Below are positions 9,602-19,170 of a stretch of 46,702 nucleotides of DNA, one piece after another (position 1 is the stretch's first letter; each line of letters begins with the position of its first letter). The stretch comes from a virus (Duplodnaviria; Caudoviricetes). The translations under genes were made by a program, and so were the position numbers. Location: the IMG/VR virus record IMGVR_UViG_3300035135_000709, positions 1 through 46,702 of that record. The stretch is one strand, 5' to 3'. Under the pieces are notes generated by a model. That model ran no database searches. It was not told the origin of the DNA and was given only the letters and a program-made list of their open reading frames with translations.

Positions 9602-12600
9602 ATGGCAGATTATACAAATAAAACGTTTAGAGAGACTTATCGCGATTTCTACAATCCTGAAGATGGTTACCATCGTGTCTTATATAACTCTGGACGTGCA
9701 CTTCAGGCTCGCGAACTAATCGAGGGACAGACAATCATCCAAGAGGAGATTGCACGTTTCGGTCGCAACATCTTCAAGGAAGGTGCATTAGTTAACGCAG
9801 GTGGTGCAACAGTCAACAATAAGATCGAGTACATTCGTCTTGATCCAGTAAGTGTGTTTGATCCACTCGTGAATGGTCGCGAGTTGACAAATGGTACTGT
9901 TAAGTTTAAAGTCATCGAGATGTATGACGCAACGGATACCGATCCAATCACACTATACGTACAATACACTGACACGAGCGCAGTAGTCGATACATCTGTG
10001 CCTCCACGCGTAGGTGCGGGAGACGTACTATCATATGCAGATGGTACGGGTGGTGTTGCGATGGTTGTGTCTTCGGACACAAGTGTAGCACCAGTTGCAG
10101 GTCGTGGTACCAAGGCACACTTCGCTGCAGGTGATTTCTTTGTGCAGGGTCACTTCGTATACATGAAGGGTGGCAGTGCATTCATCGATAAGTACAGCGA
10201 CAAACCAACGCTTGACTTTGGTTTCGTAGTTAAACAGGACATCGTCACAGAGAGTGATGATCCGCAACTTAACGACAACCAAGGTGAGGTTCCAGATCAC
10301 ACAGCCCCAGGCGCACACCGTTACAGAATCCAACTGATTCCAAGTTCACGTGAAGCTGCAGGAGATGACAACTTCGTATTCGTTGTTCGCATCGTAAACG
10401 GTATCGTTACTCGTGAAGTTGGTGCATTCGACGCATACAATACAATCAACGATTTACTTGCGCAACGTACTAAAGAAGAGTCAGGTGACTACGTTGTTGA
10501 AGGGTTCACTGCAGTCTTCGAAGAAAAAGACGACAACAATCTAAACCTAGATGTCACCGAAGGTATCGCATACGTTGACGGTTACCGCCTAGAGATTGGG
10601 TCGGATGATATCACTGTACCTAAGGCGAACAGTACAGCAGTAAAGTCAAACGAACAGGTGCCTGCGGTATTCGGTAACTGGTGTTACGCAGACTTGACTG
10701 ACACCAACTCTCAGGGGTTAGGACGTATTAACGTATTCGGTTACGTATCCCTAAGAAACTCTAGTGGCTCGGTCATCGGGTTCGCGAACATTCGAGGTAT
10801 TGAGAATGAAGGTGCACGTTATCGTGTGTACCTATTCAACATTCGAATGAACACAGGTCGTGCATTCAGTGACGTGGTACAAATGACTGACCCACTACAG
10901 GGTGAGACTACGACACTAGAACTAACCCTAGACTCTAACACGAGCAAGAACCTTGGTCTTTACGGTACTGCGGACAACAATCTATTATTCCCACTACCAT
11001 CTTCAAGTCCAACCACTGATAGTATCCAGACTGCAACGTACACTATCCAGAAGTACCACGTTGTACCAGCCGATGGTACAGGTACTATTTCACGTAGTGG
11101 TGTTGAGTACTCTCGTTGGATCGTTGCACAGAAAGATGGTCCAGTAGTATACCCTACATCACCTACGCCTGAGACATTGGCGACGATGAACAATGGTACT
11201 ATTACCGGACTTGATGCAACCAAGGATCACGTACTACTTACTTACGAACAGGTCACTGGTGGATTCAAGACTAAGACCCAAACAACAGGATTCAAGGTCA
11301 AGTCAGTTACCGCAGTTGATCAACAGGCGCGTCCAATCGATCTTGGAGTAGTAGACGTTACATCTATCGAGTCGGTTAAGATTCGAACCTCTTCTACCAT
11401 TGACTGGGCTCAGGCCGACGACATCACCTATCAGTTCTACCTAGACGGTGGTCAACGTGACAACTTCTATGACGTAGGTCGTGCATACATCAAAGACGGA
11501 TACGTTATACCGCACGGTGCAACCGTAGAGGTTAGAGTTGACTTCACTCACTTCGAACACTCTCAGGCTGGTCGTTTCTACTGTGCGTCATCGTACACTA
11601 ACGTAGACTATGATAAGATCCCTACGCATACATTCGCATCGGGTCAGACAGTTAATCTACGTGATGTCCTAGACTTCCGTCCAGTACGTAAGCCAGACGC
11701 ATTGAATGAGTTCACTGTATCTGAGTTACCACAGAACGCATCATCTATCAACGTGGATGAGGTTTCTTACTACCTACCACGTATCGACGTACTGGTTGCA
11801 AACTCAGTAGACAGTCGCGGTGGTGTTGGATTCGGTGAACTTCAGGTGATTCAAGGTGAACCATCTGAGTACCCACGTGAACCAGAGATCCCAACAGGAT
11901 CACTTGCACTGTATCGATTCCGATTGAATCCATTCACATTCGGTACTGGTGATGTATACTCAACCAAGATTAACAACGATCGATTCACTATGCGTGACAT
12001 TGGTCGTATCAATCAGAGAGTCACAGACCTATTCGAACTGACTTCATTGAGCCTATTGGAAGTAAGCACTAACACATTAACTGTGTTGGATGAGAACGGT
12101 CTACAGAGAACAAAGACAGGGTTCATCGCGGACAACTTCAGTTCGTTTAACTTCTCAGATCTAAACAACGCAGACTACCGTGCGTCGGTTGACAACAACG
12201 GTAATCTAAGAGCGTCATTCCGTTCGCAGTCGATTCGTCTTGAGTACGGTTCGAGCAACACTAGTTCTGCAAAGAACGGTGACGTGGTAACTCTACCATA
12301 CAATCACTCAACTATGGTATCGCAGTTACTTGCAACAGATGCAATGAACGTTAACCCGTTCGCGGTAATTACTCAACAGGGTCATATTACTCTATCGCCT
12401 GCATCGGATGAGTGGGTCGAGACTCGTACTCTACCAGCTCCAGTCCAACAGTTCATTCGTCCTTGGGACGATCTATGGATAGGTAACGACGGAGAACCAG
12501 AGCGTAACTGGGTGACTGTAAACGCAGCCATGACATGGGGTGAGGCGTGGATGCCTATCCAAGACATGTTGGGTCAACGTGTTCAAGAGGTAGAGATCAT

Positions 12601-14500
12601 TCCGTTTATGCGTTCACGTCGTATCTTCTTCTCTGCAAAAGGTCTACGTCCGAACGCACAGATGTTCGCATACTTTGACGGACGTGACATGAGTGCATGG
12701 GTACGTCAAGAACAAGGTCCAACAAACTTCTCTGACAATCCGGCAGAGTTTAGTAGTCAGTACGCAAACGCAACGGAGTATCCGGCTGCATTGGGTGGTA
12801 AGAGTGAGTTGATGACTGACTCGAAGGGTGAACTATTCGGTTCGTTCTTCCTACCTAACACAGACGCGATCCAGTTCAGAACGGGTGCACAAGAGTTTAA
12901 GTTACTTGACGTGAGTTCAGGTAACGACGATGACGCATTGACATTTGCAAACAGTATGTACGTCTCAAGTGGACGTATCGAGACTCGTTTCGAACCACCG
13001 TTCAGACAGTTCGATCCACTTGCACAGTCATTCTTTATTGATCAGGTAGAGAACCCGAATGGTATCTTCCTAACTCGCGCACGTGTATTCATGGCGTCGA
13101 AGGACAGTGCGATTCCTCTACAGGTACAGGTACGTCGTGTAGAGAACGGTGTACCTACCGAACGCGCACTACCTGGCTCGGTTAAGTTCATCGATCCAGC
13201 GGATGTTGTGGTAACTCCATTTGCGGACGACACAGACATCGAAGACATCAAGTTGGCACCAACCGTAGTCGAGTTCGACGAACCAATCTACTTGGCACCG
13301 TCGCAGTCCTACGCATTGGTTCTACTTGCGGAGTCGGTTGACTATAACGCATACACTGCACAGACCTATCAGTTTGTTCTAGGTCCAAGCCGAGATACAT
13401 TGGTATCGAAGCAACCAACTCTAGGATCATTATTCCTATCGCAGAACGGTACTACTTGGACACCAGATCAAACACGTGATCTTATGTTCGAACTAGATCG
13501 TGCAGAATTCGCACTGTCAGGTACAGTACAACTAGAGAATGGTGTTCTACCTAGAGTCATGTTGGGTGCAGATCCACTAGAGACCACTCAAGGATCAGGT
13601 CGTGTATTCGTCAACCATCAAGGTCACGGATTCACTTCGGGTGACTTTGTACAACTAGAAGGTATCGTAGACGGTATCGGTGGTATCACTATATCCGACG
13701 GTTTCTATGCAGTAGTTGAGCCATCATGGGATGGTTACTACATCGAAGGGTTCCCGATCGCAACAGGTTCGTCTGTTGGTGGTGGGTCCTCTGTAGTTGC
13801 ATCACAACAGGTCATGTATGATCAGTTTGTACCGCAGATTCAGAGCATCATACCACGTTCGACATCTATCACCACGACTGCACGTCAGAGTGAAGGTTCA
13901 TCGTATGGTAACGGACGTTCGGACACTGCATGTTCGTACACTACCAAGACATCGACTGCGTTCCTAAATGATCTAAACATCAACGACACTCCGAAGGTTG
14001 TCGCATCGGTTGACAACGTGAATGGTGCACGTACGTTACGCCTAGATCTGAATCTATCGACGACAGACACCAAGGTCTCTCCGATCATTGATCTACAACG
14101 TGTTTCGGTTCTTGCACTTGAAAACGTTATCGATATGGCTGACGCAGCGCAACACATCACTACACCAATCGCGATCGATGAGTCGTCGGTAGGTCTAAAG
14201 GTAATCTTTGGTGCCAACCGTCCATCGGGTGCAGACTTCGAGGTATACATCCGTACTGCGATTGATGAGGATGCATTGGGTGCGGTTGACGCAAACGGTG
14301 ATCCACTTGTTGATTGGGTACAGGGTGCGATAGATACTACTATGCCTGCAGACGATAACCCAAATACATTCCGTGATTACGAGTACACCTTCGAGGTTGA
14401 TCCGTTCTCAGTATTCCAGATCAAGGTGGTAATGAAGTCCACTAACTCTTCACGAGTTCCGGTGATCAGGGATCTACGCGGTATCGCATTGGTAGTATAA
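9602..14500 (+). CDS. Large virion structural protein, DUF4815/VrlC-like
   Basis: YRDFYNPEDGYHRVLYNSGRALQARELIEGQTIIQ, APGAHRY, LAQRTKEESGDY, AYVDGY, YYLPRID, KTGFIADNF, DPLAQSFF; usual position after gp8. ATG at 9602 preferred (AGGA upstream). Confidence 0.85.
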   Translation: MADYTNKTFRETYRDFYNPEDGYHRVLYNSGRALQARELIEGQTIIQEEIARFGRNIFKEGALVNAGGATVNNKIEYIRLDPVSVFDPLVNGRELTNGTVKFKVIEMYDATDTDPITLYVQYTDTSAVVDTSVPPRVGAGDVLSYADGTGGVAMVVSSDTSVAPVAGRGTKAHFAAGDFFVQGHFVYMKGGSAFIDKYSDKPTLDFGFVVKQDIVTESDDPQLNDNQGEVPDHTAPGAHRYRIQLIPSSREAAGDDNFVFVVRIVNGIVTREVGAFDAYNTINDLLAQRTKEESGDYVVEGFTAVFEEKDDNNLNLDVTEGIAYVDGYRLEIGSDDITVPKANSTAVKSNEQVPAVFGNWCYADLTDTNSQGLGRINVFGYVSLRNSSGSVIGFANIRGIENEGARYRVYLFNIRMNTGRAFSDVVQMTDPLQGETTTLELTLDSNTSKNLGLYGTADNNLLFPLPSSSPTTDSIQTATYTIQKYHVVPADGTGTISRSGVEYSRWIVAQKDGPVVYPTSPTPETLATMNNGTITGLDATKDHVLLTYEQVTGGFKTKTQTTGFKVKSVTAVDQQARPIDLGVVDVTSIESVKIRTSSTIDWAQADDITYQFYLDGGQRDNFYDVGRAYIKDGYVIPHGATVEVRVDFTHFEHSQAGRFYCASSYTNVDYDKIPTHTFASGQTVNLRDVLDFRPVRKPDALNEFTVSELPQNASSINVDEVSYYLPRIDVLVANSVDSRGGVGFGELQVIQGEPSEYPREPEIPTGSLALYRFRLNPFTFGTGDVYSTKINNDRFTMRDIGRINQRVTDLFELTSLSLLEVSTNTLTVLDENGLQRTKTGFIADNFSSFNFSDLNNADYRASVDNNGNLRASFRSQSIRLEYGSSNTSSAKNGDVVTLPYNHSTMVSQLLATDAMNVNPFAVITQQGHITLSPASDEWVETRTLPAPVQQFIRPWDDLWIGNDGEPERNWVTVNAAMTWGEAWMPIQDMLGQRVQEVEIIPFMRSRRIFFSAKGLRPNAQMFAYFDGRDMSAWVRQEQGPTNFSDNPAEFSSQYANATEYPAALGGKSELMTDSKGELFGSFFLPNTDAIQFRTGAQEFKLLDVSSGNDDDALTFANSMYVSSGRIETRFEPPFRQFDPLAQSFFIDQVENPNGIFLTRARVFMASKDSAIPLQVQVRRVENGVPTERALPGSVKFIDPADVVVTPFADDTDIEDIKLAPTVVEFDEPIYLAPSQSYALVLLAESVDYNAYTAQTYQFVLGPSRDTLVSKQPTLGSLFLSQNGTTWTPDQTRDLMFELDRAEFALSGTVQLENGVLPRVMLGADPLETTQGSGRVFVNHQGHGFTSGDFVQLEGIVDGIGGITISDGFYAVVEPSWDGYYIEGFPIATGSSVGGGSSVVASQQVMYDQFVPQIQSIIPRSTSITTTARQSEGSSYGNGRSDTACSYTTKTSTAFLNDLNINDTPKVVASVDNVNGARTLRLDLNLSTTDTKVSPIIDLQRVSVLALENVIDMADAAQHITTPIAIDESSVGLKVIFGANRPSGADFEVYIRTAIDEDALGAVDANGDPLVDWVQGAIDTTMPADDNPNTFRDYEYTFEVDPFSVFQIKVVMKSTNSSRVPVIRDLRGIALVV

Positions 14501-14730
14501 TGAAAAGACTGAAGGTCGAAGGATATAATAACTTAGTAAGGGATGGTCGCACAGGGGCCATCCTCAATACCAACAGAATCGAAATAGAAAGGGCAAAAAA
14601 ACAGAAACAAGCAGAACAACAAAAACGAGATCATATTGAAACCCTTACTGCAGAGGTAAAGACTCTCAAGGAAGATATGTCTCAAATAAAAGACTTGCTT
14701 TTTCGTTTAGTAGAGGGTAAAGATGACTAG
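14500..14730 (+). CDS. Small coiled-coil hypothetical protein
   Basis: KVEGYNNLVRDGRTGAILNTN plus C-terminal heptads; similar small genes follow DUF4815 genes in T4-like phages; coupled to both neighbours. Confidence 0.75.
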   Translation: MKRLKVEGYNNLVRDGRTGAILNTNRIEIERAKKQKQAEQQKRDHIETLTAEVKTLKEDMSQIKDLLFRLVEGKDD

Positions 14731-16477
14731 TCCAGTTTTACAAGAAATACATCTTGCGGATAATATAAACGCAGCGATATTAAAGATTAATCAGAACTTC
14801 GATGAGATCGAAGCTGGTAACATCAATATTAATATCGACTCTGCAGATATTACTAATATCGTTAATAATATATTAGACTCAGATTATTTCCTAAGTGTAA
14901 TCGACTCTGATTATATTCAGCAGTTGTTATTGAATATGGAGTTGAACTTTGATGACTCTCAGGTTCAAGCCAATGCGACAAATATATTAGAGTTATACAA
15001 CCGCATCGATATTACTGACTCAGATGTTCTTGTACTTGCAAGTCAAATACAACAGGTAGAAGCGGACCTTGCAAACTTAACACTTGACGGTATCGATTCT
15101 GCGTTTTTAGAATCTGCAGTTGCGGGTGCGATGTCATCATTGACTGCTAGAATAGATGTTAATAGCGATGGACTAACAATACTTGGTGAGGCTGTAGATT
15201 CAGTCAGTGCGTCATTAGTTCTTATCGATAGTGAATTGGGCGGTTTAGATGGTCGCATTACTGGAAACGCAAATGCAATTTCTACACTAACCTCTCGTAT
15301 CAATATCAACTCAGACCAGATTGATATACTGGGTCAGTCAGTAGATTCTATTCGTACAGACCTAAACAATATTGTATTGGATGCAATCGACTCTGACTTA
15401 ATTATAGATGCAGTTGCAGAAGCCCAGAACGCATTAAGTGCACGAATCACTGTAAATAGTGATGGCATCACTTCCTTGGGTTCACAGATAACTACCCTTA
15501 ATGCAAACCTTAGTGCGATCAACTCCGACACTAACGAAAGAATTGATCTAAACGCAAGTGCAATCTCTTCAGTAATCGCACGAGTCAATATAAACTCAGA
15601 TGAACTGTCAGCGATAGCGACTGCGACGGATTCTTTGAGTGTTAGTCTGGATCAGATCCTTGATTCTAATGGTAACGTAATCATTTCACCTGCCGACGTT
15701 GAGGCTGCGGCAGCAGATGCGTTCAGTCAAGTGTATGCACGAATAGAAGCAGACAGCGCACGTTTAACGATAATGAGTGGTCGAGTCGATAGTTTTGAAA
15801 CCGAATTACTTGCCACTCAGGGTGATTTAGACGCAGAGATACTAGCGACTGGCCTTGCACGTCAACAACTTGATAATCGAATTTCAATCAACAGTGATAC
15901 AATCTCTAACGTTAGTTCTTTGGTCACTGAACTAGATAGTACTCTTTTGGTTCGTGACGCACAAGGTAATGTGACAAGCACTGCATACGCAGGTGCGGTA
16001 CAAGACCTAAGAACTGAGGTGGTTGCAGAAGACGGACTGATCCAGAGTGCACTATCGAGTTTTGAAACTACAATCGAAGCGATGATTGATAGTTCTAGGG
16101 CTGCGATCACTACAGACTACCAAACTTATGTAGATAATGCAACTGGTAATACTACCGCAACATGGCGTTTAAACGTAGAGGCAGGTGACACAACTGACCC
16201 TTACGTTGCGGGTATCGAGTTGTCGAACAACGCTCAGGTTGCAGACCTAGTCATCACTGCAGATACGTTTAAGTTGGTAACCCCGACTGCGACAGATGGT
16301 TCTGGTGGTATCAGTCCATTTAGTGTAGACGCAACTGGAGTGAAACTATCTAACGCAACAGTTACCGGAGGAATAGATATTGGTACAGATCAGACGGGTG
16401 ATCGCATGGAGATCACCAATGATAGGATTGATATCTTCGAAGGATCTTCACGTAGGGTTCGATTAGGAATGTTATAA
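14723..16477 (+). CDS. Coiled-coil fibre protein with tail-tip (gpJ/DUF1983-like) C-terminus
   Basis: Heptad-rich acidic body with many DSD/NSD motifs; C-terminal [39 protein letters not shown] resembles the end of lambdoid central fibre proteins. Confidence 0.6.
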   Translation: MTSPVLQEIHLADNINAAILKINQNFDEIEAGNININIDSADITNIVNNILDSDYFLSVIDSDYIQQLLLNMELNFDDSQVQANATNILELYNRIDITDSDVLVLASQIQQVEADLANLTLDGIDSAFLESAVAGAMSSLTARIDVNSDGLTILGEAVDSVSASLVLIDSELGGLDGRITGNANAISTLTSRININSDQIDILGQSVDSIRTDLNNIVLDAIDSDLIIDAVAEAQNALSARITVNSDGITSLGSQITTLNANLSAINSDTNERIDLNASAISSVIARVNINSDELSAIATATDSLSVSLDQILDSNGNVIISPADVEAAAADAFSQVYARIEADSARLTIMSGRVDSFETELLATQGDLDAEILATGLARQQLDNRISINSDTISNVSSLVTELDSTLLVRDAQGNVTSTAYAGAVQDLRTEVVAEDGLIQSALSSFETTIEAMIDSSRAAITTDYQTYVDNATGNTTATWRLNVEAGDTTDPYVAGIELSNNAQVADLVITADTFKLVTPTATDGSGGISPFSVDATGVKLSNATVTGGIDIGTDQTGDRMEITNDRIDIFEGSSRRVRLGML

Positions 16478-16480
16478 TAT

Positions 16481-17377
16481 ATGTTTTATGTTTTATCTAG
16501 CCACAACATTTATGCACTCAAGCGACAGTTTAAAACACTACCAATAGATAAGACGACAGTAATAATAAATACGACTCACATTGAGTTTCGACAACAGGCG
16601 ATATCTTACTGTGAGGAAAATAAAGTTCGTTATTTTGTAACAGAGAGTGACGGCACTGCGGCCACAGGAAAGAATAGTTTCCTTGACAGGTTCGAGGAAG
16701 ATGGTGTACCATATGCAGTGTTGATAGACGGTGATGATTACCTCACTAAACGTGGGGTGGTCATGTATCAACGTTTGGTAGAACAGAAAGACGCACCGGA
16801 TGCGTTAGTGTTATTTAATCAGGTCAACATCACTGCACAGAACCATCATCTTGCAGAAAGAAGTCAAGACCCGATCAGACCACACGAAGATCCAAATACA
16901 CTGACCTCTCGATACGTCCAACAATCAGTAGTAGAAGATTGGGACAAACTAGCGGATGGACGGTTAGTGGCCGAGAATGTACCGGACATTACTGTAGAAG
17001 AAGTAGAGATGTTTAAAAAATATATCTCAACTCTTCAACATTCAATGGGTATAGATGAGTTAAGTACTCGACTTGTGTTTATGTCAAGAAAGGTCTTGCC
17101 CTATAGATTTAAAAGTTTAACGGTAGGAGAGGATACTCTTCAATACCTTGAACTGAAAGATGCGCACGAACGCGGTGAATTAAAGTTGGTTGCGCACGAT
17201 GAGAAGTTCCCGACGTACATGTATGATGTACGTATATCGGGTATTGCATTAAAAGAAAGTCAAAAGGATCAGGGTAAAGGCTTCATTGAGTGGATGCAGA
17301 TCCTTTTGTCAGAGATGGAAAGTTTAAAAGAGAATAATAAGTTACATGATACACGTGTACCTATATGGGAGTTTTAA
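16481..17377 (+). CDS. Glycosyltransferase, GT-A fold; paralog of 7268..8158
   Basis: TESDGTAATGKNSFLDRF, VLIDGDDYL and VGEDTL align with the motifs of the 7268 gene. Confidence 0.7.
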   Translation: MFYVLSSHNIYALKRQFKTLPIDKTTVIINTTHIEFRQQAISYCEENKVRYFVTESDGTAATGKNSFLDRFEEDGVPYAVLIDGDDYLTKRGVVMYQRLVEQKDAPDALVLFNQVNITAQNHHLAERSQDPIRPHEDPNTLTSRYVQQSVVEDWDKLADGRLVAENVPDITVEEVEMFKKYISTLQHSMGIDELSTRLVFMSRKVLPYRFKSLTVGEDTLQYLELKDAHERGELKLVAHDEKFPTYMYDVRISGIALKESQKDQGKGFIEWMQILLSEMESLKENNKLHDTRVPIWEF

Positions 17378-17680
17378 ATGTCTGACTATGGATTGAAAAT
17401 ATGGACACCGGCTGGATATGTCTCGTTTGATTCTAGGGACATGCCTTCCTATGTCAAGGTGGTATCTTCAGGTGTTGTTACCGTTAACGGGAGTAGTTCA
17501 TCTACTGTTTCAATACCAGAAGGTTATGGATATGTTTATGTCAATGGACCATCGGGTCCATATGAATATCCATTTGAGGCAACCAGAACGGGTTTCTCTG
17601 GTGGATTATACTACAGTTTTTTACTAGAAAACAACACACCTTCTAGTGAAAACTTTGGATACGTGTGCATTAGGTTGTAG
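17378..17680 (+). CDS. Small putative fibre-tip accessory protein
   Basis: 100 aa, beta-rich; starts MSDYGLKIWTPAGYVSFDSR, paralogous to the N-terminus of the next gene. Confidence 0.55.
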   Translation: MSDYGLKIWTPAGYVSFDSRDMPSYVKVVSSGVVTVNGSSSSTVSIPEGYGYVYVNGPSGPYEYPFEATRTGFSGGLYYSFLLENNTPSSENFGYVCIRL

Positions 17681-17689
17681 GAAAGTATT

Positions 17690-18553
17690 ATGGCGGATTA
17701 TGGATTACAGGTAACAAACAGAGCAGGTCGTACTCTATTCGACAGTCGTGAGGCTGGTCGTGGTACTTTCCAATACTCGAAAGGTACTATCAACCCTGGC
17801 CAGTCGTTATCGACGTTGGTATCCGATTTAGTATTGGTTAACATCGACCGTCCATCTGGAGGTGGTCAGTTCTTATTGTGTGGTACACGAGTTGTCTCTG
17901 GCACAACCCTTACGTGGACTTTTGAATATCAACAAGCGACCATATCCAACCATCCTATTAACTACGTTATTCTACGAGACGCAGCTAACGCAACGTTGAC
18001 GGGAGATTATGGACTGCAGTGTAATGATCCACTGGGAGCGTATACTGGTCCGGTTACCTTTGATAGTCGTATGTTTAAATCAACCGAAGGTGAGATCACA
18101 TTAAACCCAAGCGAAGTATATGGTAGTGAGTTCGGTCATGGTACATACGTATCAAGTACAGCTAATATAGGTGGTACTTTAATGACGGGTTGGAATGGAC
18201 CTAATGGCACCGACTACTATAACGCAGGTGTTTGTGAGTTCACTACTGTTACGAGTTACGTTAGAACGTTTGGTCTACTATGGAGCAGTTCTACGACATC
18301 CGGTCAAACTTTGTATTTTCGACAGAGTGGTCCATATGGTAACCCAGCATACTCACCAATAGGTGCATCTTATATTAATGTAACTTCTCTCGCAAAATCT
18401 ACTGCACCGAGCCCAGGCGCAGTGTATTCATTTAGTGAGGTACACTCTGCTGGATTTGGTTTTGAAAACAACTATTATCCTCACGCATTACAACCGATGT
18501 ATGTTGGTAGACCAGACCCGACGTTGGGTTTGTATGAACCAACCAACATATAA
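17690..18553 (+). CDS. Putative receptor-binding/fibre-tip protein
   Basis: Two DYGLQ...FDSR modules (MADYGLQVTNRAGRTLFDSR; GDYGLQCNDPLG..VTFDSR) followed by a G/S/T/Y-rich domain. Confidence 0.5.
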   Translation: MADYGLQVTNRAGRTLFDSREAGRGTFQYSKGTINPGQSLSTLVSDLVLVNIDRPSGGGQFLLCGTRVVSGTTLTWTFEYQQATISNHPINYVILRDAANATLTGDYGLQCNDPLGAYTGPVTFDSRMFKSTEGEITLNPSEVYGSEFGHGTYVSSTANIGGTLMTGWNGPNGTDYYNAGVCEFTTVTSYVRTFGLLWSSSTTSGQTLYFRQSGPYGNPAYSPIGASYINVTSLAKSTAPSPGAVYSFSEVHSAGFGFENNYYPHALQPMYVGRPDPTLGLYEPTNI

Positions 18554-18556
18554 ATA
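18549..18556 (+). promoter_or_regulatory. T4-type late promoter
   Basis: TATAAATA overlapping the stop codon, followed by GGAG (18567) and ATG (18580). Confidence 0.75.
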
Positions 18557-18579
18557 AATTTTATTTGGAGATTTATAAA

Positions 18580-19053
18580 ATGCATCCTAAAGTCGCCTTG
18601 ATCAACGAAAATGGCGTAATTGAAAGAACTGACATGGACAATGGTCGCTGGCCAGAAGACGGTGAGTCGTTAGACGGTCGCCGTGTTCAACGTATCTATG
18701 ACCTAGAGGGTCTGGAAGTTAGTGACTATATCTCAACCCGTGTGTGGTCAGATGACGCGTACGCGTTTGTTGCGGTCGATCGTCGTCCAAATATGTACGC
18801 AGATTTTGACTGGTCTACAGAACAATGGGTATGGGACACTGAACTTATTCTTAACGAGATTCGAACTGAACGTGACCGTCGTCTTATGCAGACTGACTGG
18901 GCACTAATGGTTGACACACCTCTCTCTGACGAACAACAGGCAGAGATGAAATTGTATCGTCAAGCCCTTAGAGATTTTCCATCCACTCTTGATATGACTC
19001 AAGTGATGAGTCTGCAAGATGTCGAAGATTGGCCTGTACACCCTTCGATCTAA
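18580..19053 (+). CDS. Tail fibre assembly chaperone-like protein
   Basis: C-terminal IRTERDRRLMQTDWALMVDTPLSDEQQAEMKLYRQALRDFP...WP is the typical tail-assembly-chaperone motif; ATG at 18580 has a GGAG Shine-Dalgarno. Confidence 0.8.
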   Translation: MHPKVALINENGVIERTDMDNGRWPEDGESLDGRRVQRIYDLEGLEVSDYISTRVWSDDAYAFVAVDRRPNMYADFDWSTEQWVWDTELILNEIRTERDRRLMQTDWALMVDTPLSDEQQAEMKLYRQALRDFPSTLDMTQVMSLQDVEDWPVHPSI

Positions 19054-19056
19054 GTA

Positions 19057-19064
19057 TATAAATA
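19057..19064 (+). promoter_or_regulatory. T4-type late promoter (first of two)
   Basis: Exact TATAAATA, intergenic. Confidence 0.7.
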
Positions 19065-19115
19065 GGAGTATTGATTGGTGGTGCGCAGATAGTGGATTTC
19101 TGCGCGTCAATTTAT

Positions 19116-19123
19116 TATAAATA
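19116..19123 (+). promoter_or_regulatory. T4-type late promoter (second of two)
   Basis: Exact TATAAATA about 50 nt before the GTG start at 19171. Confidence 0.8.
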
Positions 19124-19170
19124 AAACCATCGTAAAACCCTTTTTTCATTCACTATAGAGAGCGATAATT

